The notes: generated by a model not told the origin, from the sequence alone. Positions 12,301-23,909 are shown, counted from the stretch's first letter. The stretch: DNA of 64,000 nucleotides from Chlorokybus atmophyticus (GCA_009103225.1 RHPI01002990.1:312223-376222), one strand, 5' to 3'. A program made the numbers and translations.

Positions 12301-15300
12301 GGCGACTGTTGCCTGTGCTGATCAGGGACACCTTGGTGTGCATGATCAGAAACTGCAGAAGACTCCTGACGCTGGGAAGGCGGCTGCATAGAAATGTGTG
12401 GCACTGGTGGCACCGAGGATGGTATGGGTATAGGCCGCTGCTGAGACATCAATTGTGCCAACTGGGCACGTTCCCATAGTTGCTGATCACGAGCCTGCTC
12501 TAGCCGCTGCTCCATGGCAACACCATTTGTTGCTGGTGGCTGTGTAGAGCTGTCTGATCTAAGCAGTGTGTCCATGACATTAGTCCGCAAAAGCCTCATC
12601 TGCTCAGCTTCAATCTGCTCAAGCGTGCGCATATTGGCAGCCTGAGGCAACAAGTGGTTCTGCCAGGAGTTCTGCAACTGCCCGCTGGTGCTTTGTGACG
12701 GCACAGCCTCTTCAAAGACTTGACCCCCAAATATAGGCTGGCGCATGAGTTGTGGATGCATGTGTGATTGCAGATATCCAGGGTGTGGGGCGTTACTGCC
12801 TGTGTTAGGGCCAGCTGCTTGAGTTGAACTATATGCGCCATATCCGGCATGCTGCAGCTCCAGCTGCCTCTGGCGTTCAACCTGGAGCTGAAGAAGCTGC
12901 TGTTGTTGAAGTAGCTGATGTTGCCGCTGCTGCAAGAGCAGCATCTCATGGTGCTGGCGCTGCTGAAGCTGCTGCTGCAGCTCGGACTCGCGGCGTAAGT
13001 GAGCATTGTACTCATGGTCATTGTGGCCGTTGCTGGGATGCGAATGCACTGAATGGCCATGCGGTTGACCGACCGAATAACTTGCGCGCTCCAAGTCTCC
13101 AGCAAATGTCATGGGTGGTGAACCAACAACATGAGGCTGCACATGCTGTGCACCATGTGTGCCCATGCTGTGTGCCCGATGCAGTCCATACAACTCCTCT
13201 AGCAATGCATCTGAGCACAAGATCGCAATTGGTAATCAAGGTTATACGGATCAATGTTGCGCAATGCAATATAACCAGATTGGGCACCTGGTGCAGTAGG
13301 TGTAGGGAACTGGGTGCCAGCCGGTGCGGGGGGCAATCCTGCTGGGACGGGGGTTTCAACCGCAGAAACAGTCGGTGCACTGGCTGCCCGGTCTGGCATG
13401 CTGTCATACCCGGGTGGCAGCCGCATATGCTTTGGGCTGCAAGAAGGCAAGTCAACTGTTACACGCCACAAATATGACAGCTTTGAACATGCTAAACAAG
13501 CTCACTGCGTACCGAACCGATGGCACAGCAACAACCAAGGGTAGGAAAGGCTCCTGAGGAGAACTGCCTTCGCGCTTAACGGGTAGGTCCACAGAGAAGA
13601 AGCCAGCCTCAAACCATTCGACAATGTCCGCGGTCGAGAAAGGACCTTGTATGTCACCTTGTGGGTCTTTGTACAACCAGCCAGCTTCGAATTCAGGAAC
13701 GTCAGTCTGTTGCTGGTGGCTCTGCTCATCTGTTCTCGTTGCACTTTGTGTCACAGGCTCTTGCAAAGCTGCACCCGCTGCCGGTGATGGAGCTTGTGCA
13801 CTTGCGGCGAATTGCTGCTCCACGCCTACAGCCTTGAGCACTGCAGATGCTTCCTCAGCAGGCTGCGTGTTGGGGGCCACGGCGTCAACCTCAAATAGAA
13901 TATCGTCCGGAAGCAGCTCTGCCAGTGACGCAGCAGGGGCTGTTGGATGCAGCGCTTCCTGCTTTTGAGTGGAAAAGCTGCCGTCTGGAGCTCCTACGGC
14001 AACATCACAACTCAGCAACCAAGACAAGAAAAGCGGAGCAGCGCTCAACCACAACAATGATGGTCAAAATGACATCGCCCAGTAGTGCTGCAATGTTTGG
14101 CTAAACCATGTGTTTGATGATGGCATACCTTGACTTGAGCCTGCTGGTCCATGACTTGCGGCAATGGCAGCCATGCTGACGCGTGCATGCTCTGCCATAG
14201 CCTGCACAGCAAGTTCAGAACAGATGAGTTGTGCAGAGCATTACCAACGTTCTGTACAAACGGCATTGAACAGCAGTGTCTGCAAAACTCAAACAAAAAT
14301 TGCAAGTTTACCTCAACCTCCTCGTAGTCTAGCAATTGCAAGCGGTCGCCGGAAACACTGTCTCGCCTTGGAACATGATCACCCATGAAACCGTCTGGCA
14401 AGGGGGTCATCGCCAACATCTTTGCTAATGACCGATAGACCTGCACAATCTCAAACTTGCTATACCGCCGGATGCCATCACTGACACTTGGGAGTCCCCT
14501 GCTGGGAGTGACAGGCATTGGCCTGGGGGGCATCATGCTCCGGCCGCGGCCCAAAGTGAACCCCACAGGTCCAGGCTCAGATGGACGTCCCCTTCCGGCT
14601 GGGGGTACATGCCGTTCAAGCTCAGGACGTCCCCTCCCAAAACCCATGCCAGGTGGGGGTGATGGCCCCTGGCGCCAACCCCTTGCAGGCTCATCACGCT
14701 CCCTATTCCAGTCTTTGGGCGGGACACGTGCCTCTGCACCTTTGACATCACGCAAGCGCTGTCGATCTTTGTCAGCAGCTTGCTCAACGCGCTCAGGTGT
14801 GTCACGGACAACAGGCTTGTCAACAGCACGGACATCTCTTTCAGGATCCACCCAACGATCATGCCAGCCACGTACTGGGGTGGCTGATGACTTAGCATCG
14901 CGGACACCTTCACCATACCATCGCTCTCGCGCCCATTTATCAGCCTGTTTGGAATCAGGCTCACGGGGTGCAAGAACTCCATTCCACAATCTATCCTGCA
15001 CAGGCTCAGCTCGTGCCTGTGGTGTAGGGGCGGTATGCAGTTCCTTGTCGCGCTCTGCACCTGGGTCTGCATCACGCGCTCTACCAAGCACAACAATGAG
15101 TGCTGGGAAACATCTGCGACATAGGCAGAATGTGCCATACAAGTGCATGACCCCTCACCGGTCCATTTCCCGCTTGCGATCAGACTCCTTGAAGTCCTTC
15201 CACCGGCGTGCTAATGGCACACTGCCTGGACCGACTGGCTCCACTGCAGCTTCTCTTTCTCTCTCATCTTCACGCCAACGATCACGCCGAGCATTGGTGT

Positions 15301-15647
15301 CCCTCCAGCGTGCCTCCTGACTGTCCTTCCACCGGTCTTTTGGGACAGAGGCCTGCTTAGCTGCAAACCCCAATGGAGATGGCGCCTGCCCAGGGCCAGC
15401 CACGCCAACAGCTGCTGATCGCTCCGGCTGCAGAATTTCCAATTGAATGACTAGCTGTGGCTTAGTGCAAACTGCGTAAATCACACTCAACTGGCACTTA
15501 CCGCTGCAAGGGGCTTGTTGAGTAGCCACTGCGGAGACAAAGCCGGTATGCCTGCTTAAAATAATTGTAACGTGAGATCGTGCCCTGCGACACCTAGCAG
15601 ATATGGTGCCCGAACAAACTGTCCGCCAGCTTAGTGACGTACTGCAT
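9325..15647 (-). CDS. GYF-domain protein of the GIGYF/Smy2/plant EXA1 family
   Basis: N-terminal PALSPQWLLNKP (plant EXA1-like). GYF domain WLYKDPQGDIQGPFSTADIVEWFEAGFF at about 13590-13700. C-terminal FRNWCQHEMKRL...MTLLEFCMSL...IGEYLSAYLG and KGKAKRLDPSLLGFSVTSNRFLKGEIQTPDDL* ending at 9325. The start codon at 15647 is tentative. Confidence 0.9.
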
Positions 15648-16202
15648 GCTGTGAATGAAAACGCAGCACTGACAATGCAGCAGGACACTCTTTGTCTGAC
15701 TATGGTTCATGCATGACGTCAGCAACTACCTTTTCTAGCGCAGCACGCAGACAAGTGTGTGTTGTTAACACGGGCAATGCGGCATGCGACATGCTAACGT
15801 AAGCAGTGAATTGGTGTTGGTAACCGTGCTCAGCTGCTGTTGTCGTACAAGCAGGCACCGAGCGACCCATCCATGATTGCAGCCATTACTGAAGCACGAC
15901 TCAACAGCTCAAGCAGAGCCTCATGCCAGACACACGACAATCACCAGCAACCGTCGTCGTCGTACCACTCCCAGCGCCTTCTGTCGAGGCGAGCTTGGAC
16001 TGCATGTTGGACACAACGGAAGAAGCTGCAAATTGCTGCACGGCGACGGCAGTATGACCACAGCACCAGCTCGCAAAGAGCTGCAGGAACCAGGCGAATC
16101 CCCTCACACGACAGCAACACGAGTCACCAAGGACACAGACGCCCACACCGCCGCCGCCACCGCCGACCAGCACGCTTGAACACACCAGTCATGACGACCA
16201 GT

Positions 16203-16229
16203 AAACCCTAATTGACGCTGAAAACCCTA
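16203..16229. promoter_or_regulatory. Two telo-box (AAACCCTA) motifs in the divergent GIGYF/EngB promoter
   Basis: AAACCCTA at 16203-16210 and 16222-16229. Further copies at 6626-6633 (upstream of ATPD) and 38749-38756 (reverse strand, upstream of CCaMK). The telo-box is a known plant promoter element; function here is inferred. Confidence 0.55.
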
Positions 16230-16350
16230 GCGGGGGTTGATCCGCACTGCGCCGACCCGCCAAACGCTGCACCCGGTCGACGCCGCACCGGTCGCAGCTC
16301 ACACCATCGAAACGCGCAACTGCTTGTAAAGCGCGGCTCACCACACACTG

Positions 16351-16386
16351 CCTGTAAGACGCGGCATACCTGCCGCGTCTTACAGG
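16351..16386. repeat. Perfect inverted repeat with 16-bp stem and 4-nt loop
   Basis: CCTGTAAGACGCGGCA-TACC-TGCCGCGTCTTACAGG read directly. Confidence 0.95.
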
Positions 16387-16541
16387 AGCGTGTGTAGTGT
16401 TGAAGTCACAATGCCGCCCTGTTTGCAGGAATACGAACCCTACTTGAAGCGGCGGCGGAGGTGGCAGCGGCGGCGGCGGAGGAGGAGCAGGAGCAGGAGC
16501 GGGAGGACGCAGGGGAGGAGGGACTGGAGTTCGTGTTGAGC

Positions 16542-18112
16542 ATGGCGTTACAAGTCAGCATGCGTGTGCCGGCCCGAACGCTGCTGGCTGGTCAATGCAA
16601 GTTATGGAGAAGCGCACAGCCTTTGCCGCCCCTGCAGCAGCCTCAGGCGGCGTGCACGAGGCAGCGCAGGAGCGTGGTGGCGAGGGCGACAGTGCCTGCA
16701 AGCAAAGGCGACGCCACGGTGCGTTGCGTACAGCAGCTATGAAAAGCTTTAGTGAAAGTCAAGCGCTTGTTCGTCGCACACTGTTGTCAGGTCAGGTTGA
16801 TTGGAATGTTGCCCAATTGCCGCGCTGTTGCTTGCAGTACACCCTTTCAACTAATAATCCAACTGCCTAAGTGAGCCACAGCTCAATGTGGATTTGTTGA
16901 TTGCAATGCATGGACGCATGGACGGCAGCGTTACCTACCAGCCCGAATGCATTGCGGCCAAGCATATCTTCTTGAATGGTTGTTGCTCAATCAATGCGTG
17001 TGCATTGTGAATAGGCTGAGCAGCTTCGCACCGTGCGCGCCGTCCCGGACAGCCATGCGCGAGTGGACGAGCTTCGTGATGACGATCATGCTGCTCAGGC
17101 CAGTGCTGTACAGCAGGGGGGGGGGGGCTTGGTACTCCCGGCTGCTACGAATGTGAGGGTCAAGACATCGGCGTTTGTGAAAAGCAGGCAGGTGATAATC
17201 GCTCACCAGGGTGCATTGTTAGACAGTGACGACTTGCGCTTCTTATGATTTGTCACTAATCATCTTGCTCGTCATGAAAGCAGTACTTTGGTTGCGGATT
17301 GTCCTCCTGAGAGCCACCCGGAATTCGCGGTTATTGGGAGGTCCAATGTTGGCAAGTCCAGCTTAATAAACTTTCTAACAGGGAGAAAGAGCCTTGCTTC
17401 TATATCGAGCACACCAGGTAGGTTGTCATTGATGTGTACAAAGACAAATGACTGTACCTGTACCAGTTTCGGTCATTTGCAGTGACTGACAGTTCTCCAA
17501 TCCACTGCAGGCAAAACCAGGCTGATCAATCACTTTTTGATAAATGATAACTGGTTTCTTGTAGACTTACCTGGTTACGGGTGAGCTGCTGCTGGTGCGG
17601 TATGTAGGGTTCAGCTTGCTGCAGCATAGGTTGGTCGAATTGCACTAAGCTGCTAGTGTCCAGGTACGCTGAAGCTCCAAAGGCAGCGATAAAGGAGTGG
17701 ACAGCCTTCACCAAGGACTACTTTTTGAAGCGAACCACATTAGCCACAGTGCTGCTGCTGGTTGACGCTTCGATACCTCCTCAACCCATCGACTTGGAGT
17801 GCATTGATTGGTTAGGAGGCAGCAATGTAAGTACACAGCCTGGCTCAGTGCAAATGCAGTGAAGATGTGTGTAATTCACATGTGGTACTGCAGGTTCCTG
17901 TTTCAGTGGTCTTTACCAAGTGTGACAAGCAGAAGAAAAAGAAGAAGAATGCTGGCACAATAGAGTCCAACGTGCAGGCGTTTGAAGACTTGTTAAGTGA
18001 AACGTGGGACGAGCTACCGCCGTTCTTCCTCACCTCTGCAAAAACAGGCCAGGGCAAGCAAGAGCTGTTGAATCACATAGCATCATTGCGCAACTACTGG
18101 ACACAACCCTAA
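16542..18112 (+). CDS. engB: Plastid-targeted EngB/YihA (YsxC) ribosome-biogenesis GTPase
   Basis: G1 GRSNVGKS, G3 DLPGYG (split by an intron), [22 protein letters not shown]4 [20 protein letters not shown] at 18110-18112. Transit-peptide-like N-terminus from ATG 16542. Confidence 0.93.
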
Positions 18113-18125
18113 CACCCTCCTGCGG

Positions 18126-18453
18126 CGCATACCCCTGCAGTGACACACCCTCGTCATATGTACATGTTAGTGGTGCGCACACTGAGCAGCTTGCATGGCG
18201 CACTTAAGCTCTTCTTATCTCTTACAGCTGCTAGGCTGCCTTCCGCGTGCTTTGTGACGGACTTGATTGGAGAACATGCTGCGTGGGCGCATACCCTGCA
18301 GTCACACACCCTCGTCATGTATACATGTCAGTGGTGGGCACACTTCCGTGCAGCTTACATGGCGTGCTTTTGCTCTTCTTAGCTTTTACAGCTGCTAGGC
18401 TGCCTTTTCCGTGTGCTTTGTGAGCAAGGGACTTGATTGGAGACGTGCTGCGT
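18126..18453. repeat. Diverged tandem duplication (about 160 bp x2) downstream of EngB
   Basis: Both units contain CGCATACCC..TGCAGT.ACACACCCTCGTCAT...TTACAGCTGCTAGGCTGCCTT...GGACTTGATTGGAGA. Confidence 0.85.
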
Positions 18454-18552
18454 CTACAGCTGGTGTAGTATTTGATTACAGAATCAGCTAGTTGATGGTG
18501 GGAGTCAATGGTACAGTAATACAAACGTGTCTGCGCCCACGCCATGTCTGTA

Positions 18553-18838
18553 CCCCTTGCCTTAGTGCACAGTGTCTGACTGCAGTGAGATGGCCAATGT
18601 GGTGTGCTGGTGATGGAGCAACGGTGGGGGCCGTGTACTGGTGTGTTGTGGGTGATGTGCCGGTGTTATGCGACAGTGTTTGGTGGGGGAGTGCTACCCC
18701 TTGCCTAAGTGCAGAGTGTCTGACTGCAGAGATTGCCGTTGTGGTATGCTGGTGATGGAGCAACAGCGGGGGCCGTGTACTGGTGTGTTGTGGGTGATGT
18801 GCTGGTGAGTGTGACAGTGTTTTGTGGGGGAGTCCTAG
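18553..18838. repeat. Diverged tandem duplication (about 144 bp x2)
   Basis: Units start CCCCTTGCCT at 18553 and 18697 and share GCTGGTGATGGAGCAAC and GGGGGCCGTGTACTGGTGTGTTGTGGGTGATGTGC. Confidence 0.85.
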
Positions 18839-20139
18839 TGCGCGACAGATGCGACTGCATCTGATACAAACTGCATGCTTGCAAACTGATACATACCAGC
18901 CAACCAGCCCCACCGGCAGCACCTAACTGCCAGCGACGACACAGCGACAGTACACGCTGCAGTGCTGACAGTCGCACTGCGCAGTGAGGGGGACGTGAGG
19001 GGGAGAGGCGGAGCAGAGGGGCAGGGCAGAGGGGCCCTCAACGAGAGTTACAAGATGCGGGACTGTATGGGGACGGCGGAAGTGAGGGTGTGGGTGAAGA
19101 GAATGGGAGAGTGGAAGTGGGAGTCCGTCTGCTGCTCGTGCTGCTGGCTGCCACCGAAGTTGAAGACTAACTGGCTGCACATGCGTGCAGGTGACTTGAA
19201 ATGCATGCATGCATGCATGTCTAACGGGGTGGTAGTGTGATAGCATAGGTGCGTGACCCGATGGTTGGATATGTTAAACTACAGTGGGTTTTAGCATACT
19301 TGTAGCGTTAGCACAACTACCATAACTGGTGCATGAGCATGCCCAACATGTAGTAAGGACTGCTGGCTGCAATCTGCATGCTTGCATTAACACCTTTGAT
19401 TCCCTGTACACTTGCGTGCCTATGATTCGAGGATGAACTCACTCTTTTCAAATAAAAGCGTAAATGAAGTGACTTGCATATCCTCACACAATTGATAGGG
19501 TCCAGGGTCCACAAGGACCCTTGCTGCCTGCTTCATCCAAATAGAGAATAAAGTAAGGTGGATTCCACCTTGGAACAATGTTCCCAATGGCAACTACATC
19601 TGATACCACATGTTACCAGCAATTTTAGCCAACCATGTCATGTCAAGGTCATCGCGCAAATTGCTTACCAATGCATCTGGTGGAACATTAAATTGCACGA
19701 TAATTTTGAATTGATAGAGTCAATGGCAAGCATAACGAGGCTTGTTCACTTGATAAGTTCATTGTCCAAAGCAAGGCTAAGGGATTGAATGGCTCGGGTT
19801 TATTATACAAAGAGCCATCAAATGATAATTGTACGAGATCATGCATACTACTACGTAGGATAGACTGTATACTGTACAACATATAAGTATATGTGCGCTG
19901 TATTGAGACTTGAAAATGCAATTCGTACATGATTGCATGTATTCATGCATTTTGTGTTTGTTGCATATAAATTACATTGAGATTTGTATTAATTGAGTTG
20001 GTGGTCAGTGGGAACAATAATGATCGAGATACATATTTATTTATATATGTACTGTGCGTGTAATACACATGGCATGTGCAGCTTTGTAAATGATTGATAA
20101 TGCCAACGAAGCCATGCTGCAGGAATGCTCGTGCTTTAA

Positions 20140-20144
<5 letters not shown>

Positions 20145-20190
<46 letters not shown>
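20145..20190. repeat. (AG)n microsatellite
   Basis: Read directly from the sequence. Confidence 0.97.
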
Positions 20191-20194
<4 letters not shown>

Positions 20195-21392
20195 ATAGTA
20201 ACTTAGACAATATGCAATGTCATGCATCCAGACTTCAGTCTTGTGATGTTACAAGACCAGGGCTTTATATGTATGTACTTGTTTAACATGAACAAACTTG
20301 ATGTTCCATTTCAACGTGTAAACATTGCAATTCGCACATATAGCCAATAGTATTGGGCCAATTCCCCAATTCGTTGCCCGTCTGCATGACTTCACAGCAC
20401 CGCTGCAAGCGCGCAGAATATGTGTCAAACATGACTCATTGACAATGAGTCATAGTGTGAGGTCTTATTGTGCGGTCCTATTGTCCACTGGCGCTTAGCT
20501 TTCATGAAAGCGCTGTCACGATTGTGAATGGCGCTAGACTGAGCACTGAGCAGTGCTCAGTGCTTGCTTGCTGCTGCTGCTGCTGGCGGCGGCGGCGGGC
20601 ACTGCAATGCTGCAGGTGGAGCTGCAAGCTATGGAGGAGCAATCGTTTGATTCCCCTGCTCGGTGAGTACAGGGCTTTCAGTGCTGGAGCCGTGCTGAGC
20701 ATGCCACATGCATGCATTGCTGCTTGGTGCACAGCTTGCTGCATGCATGGTCGTTTGTGGTGGATTTGTTGCATTTCAAGCTTATACGCTCATGACCACG
20801 CCTTTGCTGGTTGTTTCGTGTTATTGTGTATGAAAGTCTACTCTTGACCAGCTGGTTCAACACGTGGCTTGCGCTGCACTGTAGCAGCTTGGTGAGCTTT
20901 GGCAACACAGAAGACGCTCTCAGCTCAGGCTGTCACGCCTGCAGCTGAGAGGCAGCCAACGTCGCCGTTCAAAAGCTTCAGCTGGCTGCTGCTGCTGCGG
21001 AGAACAACCCTGTTGCTAGAAGCTGCTAGAACAAGGCTAACTCCGTGTCCGCTAGAGTCCTCTCCACAGACAACACAGCGGAGTGCTGTTGGATCTTCAA
21101 GTTGTGCATTGGCAGCTGTCTGGGTTAGCAGGCTGGTAGTTGGCGAAAGTGCAGGCACTTTCAGAGTTGCATGCTAGGCAGGTGCGCTGAGAGCCACAGC
21201 AGCTTCAAACAGTCACAGTGCACTGCTCGTTGGACCCACTGGCAGTGTCCATCCGCTAATGCTCTGCTGGGCACTCAGCAAGTATTTCAACGTTGTCGGG
21301 CTGCAGAGTAGCTAACAGGGCTGTAGCCTGAACACGTTTGGGTACCTGATGGCAGTGAACTGGACATGTGATCGTTGCCTGTGCGTGTGCAG

Positions 21393-23909
21393 GTCAGACG
21401 ATGAGGTCGTTCTCAAATCCGGATTCCTTCCGATCATGCACGCTGGGCTCATGACGGCTGCTTATGGCGTTGGTGTACCAGCTGCCTTAATCATTGCTCG
21501 CTATGGCCGCAACTGGCCGCAACCAGCGTTGTACATGCACAGATCAATGTTTACCGGTACCACAATATGTGTTTTGCTCGGTAAGTTTGAAGCATGTACT
21601 GCTCAATTGCTATATCTACTCACGTAAGGGCCCCCCTCAATGGAATTCAGCCTGCGGCACTGCGTCGCAGGCTTCCTGTTACTTCTGGGCGCGGAGCAGT
21701 GGCAGTTCCGGTGGCACGCGTGGCTGGGCTGTATTGTCACGGTCCTCACCATATTCTATCAGGTGACTCAAAGCTGCAGCGTTGCACTCTTTCCTTGTAA
21801 GCGTGGGTTTGGGGCATTGGCATGCGCATTCCGTAGTGTGGTTGCTGCTCCTGCGTGTGCACATGGTTGCCGACATGTGTTGGTTGTGTATACCTGTGTG
21901 CTCGCTCCACGTTTAAGGTGCTGTTCAAGCTTGCACAACTCAACACAAAGTTATCGCTGGTCAACCTTCTCTGACCTTCCCCACTGGCTCATCACACTGG
22001 CTGACCTCAGCTTGTTCAACCCGCGCAACTAACCTGGCTGTGCTTTAGCTGCTCGTAGGTATGGTGCGACCGCATCATGGGCAGAGCTTGCATCCGATCT
22101 GGATCACAGCTCATCGGGTTTCCGGCATTACGACATGTGTCCTTGGCTGGGTGGTGTGTTTCACCGGCTTCAGAAGGTGATCATTGTATGCTTTCACTAC
22201 GCATGCGTGGTGAAACTGCGTCTGGAGCTGCTTCACAACCCTGCCCAGGTTTGAATCGGCGGGTGTTATGTCACCAAGTTGGAAGCTCAACACATACTTC
22301 GCGGCATACGTGCTTGTGGTTGTTCTTGTTCTGCTGGTCTTGGAGCTGTGCTGCTTGAAAACACAGAGGCATGAGAGGGACGAAGAAGTTGGAGGGCTCA
22401 CCGCTGAGTCATTCAGCCGCTATGACCGTGATCCCGTATCGAAACAGCCTTCTTTGGACTTGCAGGCGATGGGGGGGACGGAGGGATGTAACGCACCACA
22501 CCGGAGCAAGGTGTCTCTCTCTCTCCCTCTCTCGCTCCCGCTCTCGCCCCCGCTCTCGCCCCCGCTCTCGCCCCCGCGCTCTCGCCCCCTCTCCCCCCCT
22601 CCCCCTGCTAGTGTCCAGGTACGCTGAAGCTCCAAAGGCAGCGATAAAGGAGTGGACAGCCTTCACCAAGGACTACTTTTTGAAGCGAACCACATTAGCC
22701 ACAGTGCTGCTGCTGGTTGACGCTTCGATACCTCCTCAACCCATCGACTTGGAGTGCATTGATTGGTTAGGAGGCAGCAATGTAAGTACACAGCCTGGCT
22801 CAGTGCAAATGCAGTGAAGATGTGTGTAATTCACATGTGGTACTGCAGGTTCCTGTTTCAGTGGTCTTTACCAAGTGTGACAAGCAGAAGAAAAAGAAGA
22901 AGAATGCTGGCACAATAGAGTCCAACGTGCAGGCGTTTGAAGACTTGTTAAGTGAAACGTGGGACGAGCTACCGCCGTTCTTCCTCACCTCTGCAAAAAC
23001 AGGCCAGGGCAAGCAAGAGCTGTTGAATCACATAGCATCATTGCGCAACTACTGGACACAACCCTAACACCCTCCTGCGGCGCATACCCCTGCAGTGACA
23101 CACCCTCGTCATATGTACATGTTAGTGGTGCGCACACTGAGCAGCTTGCATGGCGCACTTAAGCTCTTCTTATCTCTTACAGCTGCTAGGCTGCCTTCCG
23201 CGTGCTTTGTGACGGACTTGATTGGAGAACATGCTGCGTGGGCGCATACCCTGCAGTCACACACCCTCGTCATGTATACATGTCAGTGGTGGGCACACTT
23301 CCGTGCAGCTTACATGGCGTGCTTTTGCTCTTCTTAGCTTTTACAGCTGCTAGGCTGCCTTTTCCGTGTGCTTTGTGAGCAAGGGACTTGATTGGAGACG
23401 TGCTGCGTCTACAGCTGGTGTAGTATTTGATTACAGAATCAGCTAGTTGATGGTGGGAGTCAATGGTACAGTAATACAAACGTGTCTGCGCCCACGCCAT
23501 GTCTGTACCCCTTGCCTTNCACACACCCACGCACGCACCCACATAAACACGATCACAGAGGTTTCATACGTACAGCCCTTATTGGATTGCACAACGCATG
23601 ACATAAATGCCAACATGGTTGCGATATAACAGCAAGTGTTCCATAGTGCGAACATGTGTTTATCTTAGAGAAACTGGGAATGTTGGCTGCATTGTTCACG
23701 GTTACAGCTCCAAGGCTAAAGGTGCCCTATTGTTGCAGCGAGCGCGCATGATGAACCGGTTGGACACCATTCAGGAGGAACGCAATACCCCACATGGTTC
23801 ACCCTCGTCGGTAGGCTGCAAGCATGCTGCAGATCGTAACTCAACCTGTCACGACTCACTGTGGCAACTGCATCATACCATCATACAGCTCAACGCTGCA
23901 TTGCCCTAA
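21393..23909 (+). CDS. Cytochrome b561 / ferric-reductase-like transmembrane protein; 5' end unresolved
   Basis: Manual splicing gives four heme-ligand His in TM context: MHAGLM, MHRSMFT, RWHAWLG and QLLVGMVRP...WITAHRVSG, followed by a fifth TM segment. A probable in-phase last exon RARMMNRLDTIQEE...* lies at about 23739-23909, beyond the duplicated block. The true start was not found; a possible upstream exon is at 20616-20662. Confidence 0.75.
22605..23518 (+). repeat. 914-bp apparently identical copy of 17650-18563 (3' EngB exons plus downstream DNA), ending at an N
   Basis: Constant offset of 4955 at both ends and identical ORF-track translations. It follows a C-rich low-complexity tract and stops at N23519. 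Confidence 0.95.

Noticed and set aside
19498-19530. GGGTCC-ACAA-GGACCC hairpin as a Helitron 3' end
   Set aside because: No CTRR terminus at the expected distance on either strand.
20925-21158. CVVCGEDSSG resembling a nuclear-receptor zinc-finger start on the minus strand
   Set aside because: The second Cys pair is absent, the ORF is short, and it is antisense to the b561 5' region.
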